Below, in pieces: positions 37,225-48,058 of a stretch of 64,000 bases of DNA. A model generated the notes under the pieces. The model was not told where the DNA came from, ran no database searches, and saw only the letters and a program-made list of their open reading frames with translations. How positions within the stretch are numbered: position 1 is the first letter of the stretch; each line of letters starts with the position of its first letter. A program made the position numbers and the translations under genes. The DNA lies in the sequence record NC_006883.2; one strand, written 5' to 3'.

Positions 37225-40200
37225 ATGGCAGATAAAGGATTTGGCGTAAAGAAAATTAATTTGATTGGGGCATCTGGTACTCCAACACTTACAAGTCCAA
37301 ATAATCTAAATTTAAACGCAGTAAACGTTGCTATAAGTACTGATGTATCAATCGGTGGAACTTGTACTGCATATGAATTTAGTGGTGCTACTGCTAGTTG
37401 GATGGTTGGTAATGATGGAACAGATAATTACACTTTTATAGGATCAGGTATTTCAACTCAAGTAAATGATCCAGAATTAAATCTTTATAAAGGACAAAAA
37501 TATATTTTTCATAATAGATCTTCAGGGCATCCATTTAGGATTCAAATCACTCCTAATGGGTCTGTAGGTGGACAATATAATACTGGTGTGACCAATAATG
37601 ATGGTTCCGCACAAACAGATATTATATTTGAAGTTCCACAAGATGCACCTGATACTCTATATTATCAGTGTACATCGCATACTGGAATGGGTGGTAAGAT
37701 TAATATAGTAGGTGTAGCTTCTGATACTGATACAACTTTAGATGGAAAGACTAGTGGTACAAATGTTTACTTAGGAACTACTGCTGGTGCAGCAAATACA
37801 ACAAGTCCTGGTAATGAAGTTGGTATTGGTTACAGTGCATTAATGCAATCTACTGGCCGTGATAGTACTGGTATTGGAGCATACGCTTTACAAAATGTTA
37901 ATGGATATTATAATACTGCAGTTGGATCTTACGCTGGATTTAGTACTACTGCTGGCATTAGCACTGCATCAGATAATAGTTTCTTTGGATATGCTTCTGG
38001 GTATCAGAATAATGGAGATGGTAATTCTGGAATTGGTCTTCGTACTCTCTTTAGAAATATTGGAACAGAGAATACTGCATTGGGTATGTATTCTTTACAG
38101 GATAATATAAATGGAAGTTATAATGTTGGAATGGGTGTTTATGCACAATACGCTAATGTGAGTGGATCAAACAATACTTCGGCTGGTTGGGCTGCATTAT
38201 CCTCTAATGTGAGTGGTAATTTTAATTTGGTTTTAGGGTCGAATGCATTAAGAACAATTACCTCTGGACTTTCAAATGCTGCTGTAGGTTCTGATGCAGG
38301 AAGGTATTTAACTGGTGGATCTAGTTATAATACATTAATTGGTAATTATGCTGTTGGTATTGGTACTACTGGAAGTTATGTCACTGCCGTTGGAGCAAGT
38401 GCATTAGCTAAGAATATAGCAAATTTTAACACAGCAACAGGTGCTTATGCATCGCTACAGAATACAACAGGAGCTTTGAATTGTTCTTTCGGTGCTTATG
38501 CAGGAGAAAATACCACGACAGGAAGTTGGAATAATGCGTTTGGATATGCTGCTTTAAATGATAATATAACAGGTGTATCTAATAATGTAATGGGATATTT
38601 CGCACTTGGAGTTTCTACTGATGCTAGTTATAATGTTGCAATCGGATATGAGAGTTTAAAATCTCTAAAAACTGGTGATTATAATACTGCCGTAGGACAT
38701 AGGACACTTGATCTTCAAACTAGTGGAAGTTATCAAACTGCTCTTGGTGGATTTGCATTAGGTATGAGTACTACGACCATATCAAATACTGCTATTGGAT
38801 ATGGTAGTCAACTTCAGACTATAGAAGGTAATTATAATACTGCGGTTGGAAATAATAGTTTACGGGAAAATATTGAGGGTGATAGTAATGTTGCTGTGGG
38901 AGATAACGCAATTGGTATTGGAACGACTGGAAGTTATAATGTTGCAGTTGGTGCTTATGCATTAGAAAAAAATAATAGTAACTATAGTACTGCAGTAGGT
39001 TATAAAGCATTACGAAACATTACGAAATCTCAAAGTACTGCAGTAGGTTATAACGCTGCTGGTATAGCTACGGAAGCTTGGAACGTATGTGCATTTGGAT
39101 TTCAAACACTATTTCACTTGACAACAGGTGATAATAATTGTGCTTATGGACATATGAGTCAGTTTGATACCACAACAGGACAATTTAATTCGTCCTTTGG
39201 TTCGTTATCAATGAGAGATAACACCATAGGTGGTCAGAATTGTGCTTTTGGTGAACAGGCATTAAAATCAAGTGGAATTGGTTCTGATAATACTGCAGTG
39301 GGATATAAAGCACTGTTGAGCATGAATAACGGTTCAAATACTAATACTGCGGTTGGTAGTTTTTGTCTTAGTAATACAGGTACAGTTGCACCATTTGCTA
39401 TAGCTGTTGTTAATTCTGGAGCAAGTTCATATACTATGAGTGGTACTGATAGAAATGGATCAGTTTCTGGTGGAGCCAACCCAACTATTACTCTTAATAT
39501 AAATGACACTGCTACAATTAGTATAAGTGCTATTGGACATCCATTCTGGATTCAGTCAAGTTCTGGTGGATATAATGCTTCAAATGTTCTTGGAACAAAC
39601 GAGGGTGTAACTAATAATGGGCAAGATAATGCAAATGTCGTTTTTAAGCCTAAAACTGCTGGTACTTATTACTATGTTTGCCAAAATCATGCGGCTATGC
39701 AGGGGCAAATTGTTGTTCAGGACCCACCTAATCCAAGCACTGCTGTGGGATATGCTGCGTTATACAACCAAACAGTTGGGGGTAATAACGTAGCTGTTGG
39801 TAAAAATACAATGTTCCTTAACCTTTCAGGTTATAACAATACTTCGATAGGTCAACAATCACATTATGGTAATAGTGGATCAACTCATTCATCATACGAC
39901 TGTGTCTCTGTGGGACATATGGCACATTATTCCCTTGATACAGGATATTCAAATACTGCTGTGGGTAAATGGGCTGGATATTTTGTTAATACTGGTAGTA
40001 ATAATACCTGTATAGGGTATCAGTCAGGAACTGGATCATCACCATCAGGTTCTGTTAATAGTAATAGTAATGTTATTTGTTTAGGAGATAATTCTGTTCA
40101 AAATATATATTGTAATGATACATCAATTAGTTCTTCGGATCTGAGAGATAAGGCTGATATACAAAATTTTGATCATGGATTAGCGTGGATTAAGGAGTTA

Positions 40201-40509
40201 AGACCTGTTACTTATCGTTGGGATAAGCGTTCTTGGTATACTGAAGATCCAGCTACTAAAGGAACACCTGATGGAAGTAAGAAGACTAATCGTATTCATG
40301 TAGGTTTCATAGCACAAGAAGCAATTGAAGTTGAGAAAAAATTTGGTTATGGAGATAAAAAGGATAATATGCTTATCACTAACCAAGATGAGGATGATGC
40401 TGATCCTTCATATGGTATGAAGTATGAAAGATTAATCCCAGTTCTTGTAAATGCAATCAAGGAATTGTCTAGTGAGATAGACACTTTGAAGGCAAAAATA
40501 GCAGAATAG
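37225..40509 (+). CDS. Tail fibre with YadA-like repeats, two cupredoxin-like modules and C-terminal S74 chaperone
   Basis: Many NTAVGYxAL repeats; SSDLRDKADI...LRPVTYRW...GFIAQE...YERLIPVLVNAIKEL. Confidence 0.88.
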   Translation: MADKGFGVKKINLIGASGTPTLTSPNNLNLNAVNVAISTDVSIGGTCTAYEFSGATASWMVGNDGTDNYTFIGSGISTQVNDPELNLYKGQKYIFHNRSSGHPFRIQITPNGSVGGQYNTGVTNNDGSAQTDIIFEVPQDAPDTLYYQCTSHTGMGGKINIVGVASDTDTTLDGKTSGTNVYLGTTAGAANTTSPGNEVGIGYSALMQSTGRDSTGIGAYALQNVNGYYNTAVGSYAGFSTTAGISTASDNSFFGYASGYQNNGDGNSGIGLRTLFRNIGTENTALGMYSLQDNINGSYNVGMGVYAQYANVSGSNNTSAGWAALSSNVSGNFNLVLGSNALRTITSGLSNAAVGSDAGRYLTGGSSYNTLIGNYAVGIGTTGSYVTAVGASALAKNIANFNTATGAYASLQNTTGALNCSFGAYAGENTTTGSWNNAFGYAALNDNITGVSNNVMGYFALGVSTDASYNVAIGYESLKSLKTGDYNTAVGHRTLDLQTSGSYQTALGGFALGMSTTTISNTAIGYGSQLQTIEGNYNTAVGNNSLRENIEGDSNVAVGDNAIGIGTTGSYNVAVGAYALEKNNSNYSTAVGYKALRNITKSQSTAVGYNAAGIATEAWNVCAFGFQTLFHLTTGDNNCAYGHMSQFDTTTGQFNSSFGSLSMRDNTIGGQNCAFGEQALKSSGIGSDNTAVGYKALLSMNNGSNTNTAVGSFCLSNTGTVAPFAIAVVNSGASSYTMSGTDRNGSVSGGANPTITLNINDTATISISAIGHPFWIQSSSGGYNASNVLGTNEGVTNNGQDNANVVFKPKTAGTYYYVCQNHAAMQGQIVVQDPPNPSTAVGYAALYNQTVGGNNVAVGKNTMFLNLSGYNNTSIGQQSHYGNSGSTHSSYDCVSVGHMAHYSLDTGYSNTAVGKWAGYFVNTGSNNTCIGYQSGTGSSPSGSVNSNSNVICLGDNSVQNIYCNDTSISSSDLRDKADIQNFDHGLAWIKELRPVTYRWDKRSWYTEDPATKGTPDGSKKTNRIHVGFIAQEAIEVEKKFGYGDKKDNMLITNQDEDDADPSYGMKYERLIPVLVNAIKELSSEIDTLKAKIAE

Positions 40510-40552
40510 TAGATGTACAACCTCAATAAATACCTAATAAAGTAATCATATA

Positions 40553-41218
40553 ATGGCATTCAATAGAGAGCTGTCACAATTTGGTCATTATATAGTAGTT
40601 GATGACACTACTGGTAAGATTGCTATTACCAGTACAACAACTCCTAATATTGGATTCGGAACTACAAATCCACAATTTAAAGTGGATGTTGCTGGTGATA
40701 TTAATTTTACTGGTGATATCTATAGACAAGGTGAAAAATTTACTTCTGGTGTTGGTATTGGATCAACAACAAGTAATCCAGTTTCAGCAGAGATAAGTAA
40801 TAAAATTGGTGTAGGATTTACTGACATCAACTTTGTTGGTGCTGGTATGACTGTTACTGGTTATGGAACTACTATAGTTGTTGACTTTACCAACCTTGCT
40901 GTTAAATCAGATGCTACAATACCATCATTAACTATACTAAGTTCAAGTGTTAATGTTGATTCTAATACGAGTTATCTGACTAATACTGTAGGTGCAGGAT
41001 TTACTGTAACTCTTCCCTTAACTAAGAACCCTGGAGATTTTATTGAACTTCATGATACGGAAGTAAGTTGGGGCATAAATAATCTTATGGTTGCAACCCA
41101 AAATAATGAGCAGTTTAAAAACTTTTCAGGCGTGATTGATTCTCCTTTAGCATGTGATGTCGATGGTGCTACTGTAAAATTAGTTTGGACCAACACTTAC
41201 TGGAGGGTATTTGCATGA
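40553..41218 (+). CDS. Fibre-associated structural protein
   Basis: NIGFGTTNPQFKVDVAGD; VTLPLTKNPGD module. Confidence 0.7.
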   Translation: MAFNRELSQFGHYIVVDDTTGKIAITSTTTPNIGFGTTNPQFKVDVAGDINFTGDIYRQGEKFTSGVGIGSTTSNPVSAEISNKIGVGFTDINFVGAGMTVTGYGTTIVVDFTNLAVKSDATIPSLTILSSSVNVDSNTSYLTNTVGAGFTVTLPLTKNPGDFIELHDTEVSWGINNLMVATQNNEQFKNFSGVIDSPLACDVDGATVKLVWTNTYWRVFA

Positions 41219-41598
41219 CAATGTTCCTAAGTGGGAGTATGCTATCAGGGTCATCTGGAGGTGGCGGTGGCGGACTTCAATTTGGTCAGCAAGATAATTT
41301 TACCGTTCACGCTCTAAGAAGAGATGATGACGGTATGCTTCGTTATACTAAAGTAAAAACTTCTGATCCTGATGTAGTTGATGTATCACATAGACTCGAT
41401 GGAACAGCATACCCAGAGTTCTTAGAAGGTTTAGATTATGTGGATGAAACCACTGAAGAAAAAACTTATAAGAACAACGACTTCGATAAATACCAGCAGT
41501 TCAGGTTTGATTTTAGGAGAACATCCTATTATATTGATGATGATGGATATCTAACTGTATCTTTTAGTGATTATGATTATACCGCAGGACCAAAATAG
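41215..41598 (+). CDS. Conserved virion-associated hypothetical protein
   Basis: ATGA coupled; HALRRDDDGMLRY...YYIDDDGYL. Confidence 0.7.
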   Translation: MTMFLSGSMLSGSSGGGGGGLQFGQQDNFTVHALRRDDDGMLRYTKVKTSDPDVVDVSHRLDGTAYPEFLEGLDYVDETTEEKTYKNNDFDKYQQFRFDFRRTSYYIDDDGYLTVSFSDYDYTAGPK

Positions 41599-41614
41599 GA
41601 TTTAACAAAAAACA

Positions 41615-44600
41615 ATGGCTGAATTTAGACTTGGCAGATTAAAATTTAACTGGCGTAGTGACTGGACTATAAGTACTGCGTATGTTATAGATGACATCAT
41701 AAAGTATGGTGCAAATACTTATGTTTGTAAGAAGAATCACACTTCTGCTGGTGCTGAAGAATCTTTTTATAGCACAGATCTAACACTTAATTGGTCCTTA
41801 CATACCGAAGGAATTGTTAATAAGGGAAGTTGGGCAGCAAATTATTGGTATAAAGTAAACGATATATTCAAATACGGTAATACTCAATATAGAGTAACTA
41901 CTGGATTTACTTCTGGTGCTACTTTTGATGAAGCTGCTACTACTACAAATGTAGTTGAGTATTTACAATCATTTAATTATGAAGATACTTGGAGTAATTC
42001 AACACAGTATCAGGATGGAGATGTTGTAACTTACGGTGGATACACTTACGTTGCAAAGAGCGTTAATACAAATAAAGCACCTTCATATAATTTAACGAAT
42101 GATTGGGATATTATAACTACAGGATTTAGTGTAGTTGGTTATTATTCTACAACAACAGATTATAAGCAAGGTGATGTGGTTCAATATGGTGGATACACCT
42201 ATGTTGCAATTACAACTAGTACAAATACTATCCCAACAACACCAGCAAATTGGACCTTAGTTACTAAAGGTGTTTCTTGGAAAGGTAACTGGGATTCTAC
42301 TGTAAAGTATGAATTAGGAGATGCTGTAAAGAGATTAAGTAATAGTTATATTGGTGTTGCTACTGTTGGTAGTTTAAACGAAGATCCTTCAACTGACGGT
42401 ACAAGTACTTATTGGAGTATGTTGGCTGAGGGTGCTGCCAACAATGTGATGACCACTCAAGGTGATATGGTCTATTACACCACTGGTTCTGCTAGATTAC
42501 CTAAAGGAACTAATGGTCAAGTACTCGCTATGAGTTCTGGTGGTGTACCTAATTGGGAATCTAATAGTGTAACACATCCAGTTTTCTATGTAACAGAAGA
42601 AGGAAGTGATACTAATGATGGTTCAAATATCAGTAGAGCATTTGCCTCAGTAAGACATGCTTGTGCAAAAGCAGCTGAAACAGGAAATCCTTGTTCAGTT
42701 TATGTAAAAGCAGGAACATATTCAGAAACACTTCCAATTGTAGTGCCACCATTTGTATCTATTGTTGGAGATAACTTAAGAACATCTAGGGTTAAACCAG
42801 GTGTTCATTATGCACATACCTTTATAAGTGGTCTTACTGGTAGTATTACGGCAGATTCTGGTGGTCCTTTTACTGCTGGTAGTGGAACAACCTACGATTC
42901 TGCAACAGGAGACCTTGTATTAGAAATTGGAACACATAGTTTAACTACTTCTAATACTATTGGTATTAATGGTAATTCATTAACATTTACTTGTTCACAG
43001 GATAGTCATGCTACTCAGCATACTTATCCAAGACCAAAGGATCCAGTTTACAATAAAACTGATATAGCAATTATTGCAACAACTGGAACTACAATTACAG
43101 TTAGAGTTGGTAAAGGAAATGCATCTAGGCATCAAGATCTAGTATTAGCATCTGCTCCTTCTTCTGTTTCATATGGTTCTTCAATCTTTAATGGTGCTGG
43201 AACTAAATGTGCTGTTATCTTAGATTCAGATTACGCTGAGAAGAAGATACAAATCAGATGGCTTTCTGGTGGAGAATGGACAACATCAGACGAGTGGGAA
43301 AATGGTGGAACAGATATAGGTATTACTTCGGTTACTACAAGACCGAATGAAGAATCAACAATGTTTATGTTAAGCAACGCAACGATGCTTAAAGACTTGT
43401 TGATGGAAGATATGACTGGTTTCAGTCCAGCAGGTATCGTTACAACTATAAGTTGTAGTATTGCTGGATCAAAAGTAACTGGTAGTGAGTTATTCCCAGA
43501 CTTAGTTGGTACAACTGTAACTGGTTCTGGTGTTTCAACTGGAACAAAGGTTAGTGGATTTATTGATGCACAAACATTAGAAGTTGATATAGTTCAAAAT
43601 CTTGGTGCAACTGATCTTACATTTACAGCACAACAGTATGATCCTAATAACGCACATATTAAAGGAACCTTTTGTGCTTTAAACCCAGAAAGTAGAGTTA
43701 TTAAATCACCATACGTATCAAACTGTTCTGCAAAATCAGTTAGAGGTATTGGTGCAGTCGTAGATGGTGGGGTTCATAGACAATTTGTTGATGGATCAGC
43801 AACACCTTCTAACAAATCTATCGTGTTTGACTCATTTACAAATATTCACGATGAAGGAATGGCATTCTGGATCACAGACGGTGCTGTGGCAGAAACAGTT
43901 TCTTGTTTCACATACTATAACCATATAAGTTATGCTGCTACTCGTGGTGGAAGACTTAGATCTCTTGTTGGAAATAGTTCTTGGGGTAAGTATGGTGTTG
44001 TAAGTTCTGGATTCAGTCCACTTGAAAAAGCAAGAGAAGGTGAGATTGAAGGATTAGTTCTTCAATATGATGTAGATAGTATGAGTGGATCTGGTTTCCA
44101 AGTTGGAGAAAGAATTAGAGGTAACACTTCTGGTGCTTGGGGTTATATTAACTCAGTACAAGGAACTACTCAAGAGAAAATATATTATTCAGTAATTAGT
44201 GAAGGTCCAGTTGGAGTTGGAACAGGATTTGGACCTGGTGAAACCATTACTGCTATGACTTCAGGAACAACTGCTCCACTTCTTAATAATACAAGTGCAA
44301 ACGAGGGTCAAGCTGGTCGTATTCTTGTTCTTAGTGGATTAGGAACATCACCAACCCTTGAAGTTAATGGTAGTATTGAATTTATTACTGGATTGGGTAA
44401 CGGTGGATATAATAGCGATAATATTACTGGTGCTGATCCATTTACCTTTGTGATCTCTGGTGTGAGTCAGACAGGTCCTACTGGTAAGGGTAATGTACAG
44501 ATTGACAGAGCACAGTGGTCTACTACTGGTGCAGCACATACAGGTGGAAGTACAACGTTTGTTAAGTATCCAGTTAATATTGGTGCTTCATTTACTCTGC

Positions 44601-45595
44601 TAACTCCTGCTGCTGCTGGCGATACTACTCTCAGTACGAGTACTATTAGTGGATTCAATCCAGGTGAATATTGTTTATCACCAACTAATGAACTTTGTAA
44701 GATTGTTAGTTTCCCAACTGCAAACTCTATGAGTGTTCAGAGAGCACAAGATGGTGCTGGTGCTGCTGTTGCATATAGTATTGGTGACATCTTTACTTCA
44801 ATTGGAACAACTAGTTTTGTTACTTCAGCAGAAGTTAATAAAGATTTTACTGGTGTTTCTACTGACTTTAGAGCAACGATTTCAAATAGATTTGAGGATG
44901 CTGTTGGTGCTTATATGAAGATTGATGATGAATTTACAAAAGTAACAGGTGTTACTACTGATACTTACGGTACTACTACAGTAACTCTTGTTGAAGAAAA
45001 GGCTGCTAAATCCTTTGATGAACAGGATATTAAGATCCGCTACATCTTCAGTCAGGCAAGATTAACTGGACATGACTTCTTACAAGTAGGAACTGGTGGA
45101 ACATACACAACTAATTGGCCTGATGTTCCTTCACAAGATCCAGTTCAGACACAGGAAATTACAGAAGACTTCCCAGGAAGGGTATTCTATGTTTCTACTG
45201 ATGAACAAGGTAACTTTAGGGTTGGTAAGTACTTCCGTGTTAACCAGGCAACTGGTGCTGCAACGTTGAATGCTAACAGTTTCGATCTATCTGGTTTGAC
45301 CTCAATTCGATTGGGTTCAATCGGTGCTCAGTTAGGTGCTCAAGTTAATGAGTTCTCAACTGATGGAACTATGGCACAAAATAGTAATGAGAAAGTGCCA
45401 ACACAGGCTGCGGTTAGAACTTATGTTGCTACTAGAGATGCAGAGCATCTTGTAATGGCACAAAACGCAGCAAACTTGGGTATAGCAACTGCATTAGCAC
45501 ACGCTAACGCTGGTATAGCAACTTTAAGAACTGATGCAAACACTGAGTTCAGATCAGGAGTTCAGGTATCTGAATTCTTTGTTGGGCAAATCTAA
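41615..45595 (+). CDS. Large virion structural/tail protein with aromatic (CBM5/12-like) repeats
   Basis: 1326 aa; WKGNWDSTVKYELGD-type repeats; paralogous motifs to 28874. Confidence 0.8.
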   Translation: MAEFRLGRLKFNWRSDWTISTAYVIDDIIKYGANTYVCKKNHTSAGAEESFYSTDLTLNWSLHTEGIVNKGSWAANYWYKVNDIFKYGNTQYRVTTGFTSGATFDEAATTTNVVEYLQSFNYEDTWSNSTQYQDGDVVTYGGYTYVAKSVNTNKAPSYNLTNDWDIITTGFSVVGYYSTTTDYKQGDVVQYGGYTYVAITTSTNTIPTTPANWTLVTKGVSWKGNWDSTVKYELGDAVKRLSNSYIGVATVGSLNEDPSTDGTSTYWSMLAEGAANNVMTTQGDMVYYTTGSARLPKGTNGQVLAMSSGGVPNWESNSVTHPVFYVTEEGSDTNDGSNISRAFASVRHACAKAAETGNPCSVYVKAGTYSETLPIVVPPFVSIVGDNLRTSRVKPGVHYAHTFISGLTGSITADSGGPFTAGSGTTYDSATGDLVLEIGTHSLTTSNTIGINGNSLTFTCSQDSHATQHTYPRPKDPVYNKTDIAIIATTGTTITVRVGKGNASRHQDLVLASAPSSVSYGSSIFNGAGTKCAVILDSDYAEKKIQIRWLSGGEWTTSDEWENGGTDIGITSVTTRPNEESTMFMLSNATMLKDLLMEDMTGFSPAGIVTTISCSIAGSKVTGSELFPDLVGTTVTGSGVSTGTKVSGFIDAQTLEVDIVQNLGATDLTFTAQQYDPNNAHIKGTFCALNPESRVIKSPYVSNCSAKSVRGIGAVVDGGVHRQFVDGSATPSNKSIVFDSFTNIHDEGMAFWITDGAVAETVSCFTYYNHISYAATRGGRLRSLVGNSSWGKYGVVSSGFSPLEKAREGEIEGLVLQYDVDSMSGSGFQVGERIRGNTSGAWGYINSVQGTTQEKIYYSVISEGPVGVGTGFGPGETITAMTSGTTAPLLNNTSANEGQAGRILVLSGLGTSPTLEVNGSIEFITGLGNGGYNSDNITGADPFTFVISGVSQTGPTGKGNVQIDRAQWSTTGAAHTGGSTTFVKYPVNIGASFTLLTPAAAGDTTLSTSTISGFNPGEYCLSPTNELCKIVSFPTANSMSVQRAQDGAGAAVAYSIGDIFTSIGTTSFVTSAEVNKDFTGVSTDFRATISNRFEDAVGAYMKIDDEFTKVTGVTTDTYGTTTVTLVEEKAAKSFDEQDIKIRYIFSQARLTGHDFLQVGTGGTYTTNWPDVPSQDPVQTQEITEDFPGRVFYVSTDEQGNFRVGKYFRVNQATGAATLNANSFDLSGLTSIRLGSIGAQLGAQVNEFSTDGTMAQNSNEKVPTQAAVRTYVATRDAEHLVMAQNAANLGIATALAHANAGIATLRTDANTEFRSGVQVSEFFVGQI

Positions 45596-45614
45596 AGAGA
45601 GTATATCTATAAAT

Positions 45615-45622
45615 TATAAATA
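45615..45622 (+). promoter_or_regulatory. T4 late promoter
   Basis: TATAAATA. Confidence 0.7.
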
Positions 45623-45647
45623 ATCAAGACAAAGGAAAGTTTAAACA

Positions 45648-45968
45648 ATGGCATCTGGTATTTTAGGACAGTCTGCGTTGGGTGCGAGCTCTAATACTAC
45701 AGTATATACAGTTCCTGCATCAACTCACGCTGTTGTCAATGTAAGTATATTGAATCGATCAAGTTCATCTGCTTCTACAGTAAGACTTGCTATTTCTGCA
45801 ACAGGTTCTCCTGGTAATGCAGAATGGATTGAATATGGTGTATCTGTTCCTAAAGGTGCTGTTCTTGAAAGAACTGCAATATCTTTGAATGCAGGTAAAA
45901 ATGTAGTCGCTTGGGCATCTGGTTCAGATTGCAGTGTAAGTGTCTATGGTATTGAACAAGCAGTTTAA
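45648..45968 (+). CDS. Small fibre-associated protein (~110-aa module)
   Basis: VYTVPAS..VNVSILNR..VRLAI..WIEY..LERT. Confidence 0.75.
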   Translation: MASGILGQSALGASSNTTVYTVPASTHAVVNVSILNRSSSSASTVRLAISATGSPGNAEWIEYGVSVPKGAVLERTAISLNAGKNVVAWASGSDCSVSVYGIEQAV

Positions 45969-45980
45969 TAGGTATCTAAC

Positions 45981-46256
45981 ATGGGAAGATTTGTAGGTCT
46001 TAGTATAAACAAAGGAAAAGGTGGTGGTGGTGGAACCATTGTTGGAACTGATTCTTTTACAAGGGCATCAGGTATTACTACTAATGCTGCTAATAACGTA
46101 ACAGCTATTACGTTGGGTGACAATAATTATAGTAATATTGCATATAATGCATCCAATCTTATAACATCCTATACTGAAAGTATAGGTGGTGTTGATAAAA
46201 ATTGGCAACTTACATATAATTCCGCAAATCTAGTTACAGCAATTACTGAGGTATAA
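45981..46256 (+). CDS. Small structural protein
   Basis: YNASNLITS/YNSANLVTA repeat. Confidence 0.7.
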   Translation: MGRFVGLSINKGKGGGGGTIVGTDSFTRASGITTNAANNVTAITLGDNNYSNIAYNASNLITSYTESIGGVDKNWQLTYNSANLVTAITEV

Positions 46257-46259
46257 GAA

Positions 46260-47330
46260 ATGGCAGCAGACGTATTAACCTATAATGCTCTCGCAGAAGT
46301 TAATCAAGAGTTAAAGGCTGAATCTGCAGCATTGACAGCTGCTATTACTGCTGCTGAAAGTGGTGGTGGCGGTGGTGGAGCCGCAGAAACCACTACTCAA
46401 GCAATAATGAAGAATGCATATAGTCCAAATGCTGGATTATGGTGTATGATTCCAACAGGAAGTGCTTCTTCAGAAGCAGACCCTCATGCAGGTGGTTGGA
46501 GTGGTGGTATTAAAGTATGTGATACATCAAACTATCGTAGATGTGGTTGTTGCTGTGGATGGACTGTTCCAGGTGGCGTAACTTGTGCTCGATTCCAAAT
46601 TTGGGGTGCTGGTGGTGGAGCTGGAATGGGATGTTGTTGTGGTGGATCTCCTAATGGTGGATCTGGTGCATATGCGTCTGTTATTATGCCTGTAACAGCA
46701 GGTCAAACTTATACTCTTTGTGCTGGTTGTGCTTACTGTTGTTATACAGAAAGAAACCAGATGACTGCTGATGGATGTCCATCTTACGTTCAAGGTCAAG
46801 GATTAACAAACTTCTGTGCTGAAGGTGGCGAATCTAATATTTTCTGTGAAAGAAAAACTAGATGTCATTACCAGCCAAATCAAAGTAACGTTTGTCAGTA
46901 CATGGGTGGATGTATATGTAATAATGGTTCAGATTATTGTGAAGAAAATTCTCAAACTCCTTCTCCTGGATATCCACAGCATAGAATGGACGCAAACTTC
47001 CCTGTAGCTGCGAGTTGTAAGACTCACTATGGATCAGCGACAGGTGGAAGTGTATATGGTATACCTGGAACATTTTCATTCTGGAAACATAATCACGGAT
47101 CATATAACCAGTGCATGAAGCACGGTGGTACATATGGATTCCCACAATGTTCTTGCTGTAATGCAACTATGAATAATGAAAATACTGGATGTTGCTACCA
47201 AGCATGTTATTGTCAAGCAATGCAATGTATTCCTGGTGCTGGTGCATGGGGTTACTCAACTTGCGGTGGAGACACTACTGGGTGTGCTGACATTGGTAAA
47301 ACAGGTATGGTTTGTGTATCATACTGCTAA
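46260..47330 (+). CDS. Cys-rich glycine-rich adhesin-like protein A
   Basis: ~36 Cys in 356 aa (manual count); RFQIWGAGGG glycine-rich domain; N-terminal coiled coil. Confidence 0.75.
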   Translation: MAADVLTYNALAEVNQELKAESAALTAAITAAESGGGGGGAAETTTQAIMKNAYSPNAGLWCMIPTGSASSEADPHAGGWSGGIKVCDTSNYRRCGCCCGWTVPGGVTCARFQIWGAGGGAGMGCCCGGSPNGGSGAYASVIMPVTAGQTYTLCAGCAYCCYTERNQMTADGCPSYVQGQGLTNFCAEGGESNIFCERKTRCHYQPNQSNVCQYMGGCICNNGSDYCEENSQTPSPGYPQHRMDANFPVAASCKTHYGSATGGSVYGIPGTFSFWKHNHGSYNQCMKHGGTYGFPQCSCCNATMNNENTGCCYQACYCQAMQCIPGAGAWGYSTCGGDTTGCADIGKTGMVCVSYC

Positions 47331-47338
47331 TATATTAT

Positions 47339-47346
47339 TATAAATA
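47339..47346 (+). promoter_or_regulatory. T4 late promoter
   Basis: TATAAATA. Confidence 0.7.
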
Positions 47347-47380
47347 ACTAAAGTAAAAAAAACAGAGATCGTAAAAAACA

Positions 47381-48058
47381 ATGGCAAACATTACATCATC
47401 TTTTACTCACCTTCTTCCTACTGAATTGTATGTCGCTGGCATCTCTACAAATATAACAGGAAGTTATACTTATGTTGGACCTGATGCGTTTGATGTATGG
47501 GTTGACAGGTCAGATGGAGAAGTAACTAAAATTGCCGTTACTACTGATCCTCCTGAAGGTGGTGATATTAGAAAAACTATTTCGGCAACGAGTCCTGATT
47601 CATTGCCGATGGCATATGCGTTATCACATCAATTCACCGATGATTATAGTTGGCCTTACACCTATACTAATGAAACTATGGAGAATGGTGATATCTATAA
47701 GAAGATAGATAACCCAGATTTAAGAGATGCATACCAAGTTTATTGGGATTTTGCTTCAGAAAAATGGGCATTCAAGCAGATATTAAAACTATTAGTGAAT
47801 GATAATGCTGATGAAGCAAAGAGAAGAAGGGATTATGTAAAAACTTTTACAGATCAATATGATTTTGGTGATACTATTAACACTAAAGCAGATCATTATA
47901 TTGCTGGTATTGGAACATATCTAGGAAATAATCCATACTATAAGAGGTGGAAGTACATAACACTTCCAGCATCAGTAGGAACTATACCAAAAATTCCTGT
48001 TGATGTTCAAATTGAATTAAATAAAGTCTCTATTCGAGGGGTTGGGGGTGTTGTCTAA
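47381..48058 (+). CDS. Hypothetical protein between the Cys-rich paralogs (possible chaperone)
   Basis: 225 aa, no Cys. Confidence 0.7.
   Translation: MANITSSFTHLLPTELYVAGISTNITGSYTYVGPDAFDVWVDRSDGEVTKIAVTTDPPEGGDIRKTISATSPDSLPMAYALSHQFTDDYSWPYTYTNETMENGDIYKKIDNPDLRDAYQVYWDFASEKWAFKQILKLLVNDNADEAKRRRDYVKTFTDQYDFGDTINTKADHYIAGIGTYLGNNPYYKRWKYITLPASVGTIPKIPVDVQIELNKVSIRGVGGVV

Noticed and set aside
37800-39990. Repeats as CRISPR array or DGR template/variable region
   Set aside because: The repeats are degenerate protein-level YadA-like units; there are no identical DNA repeats with spacers, no adenine-specific repeat pair and no reverse transcriptase.
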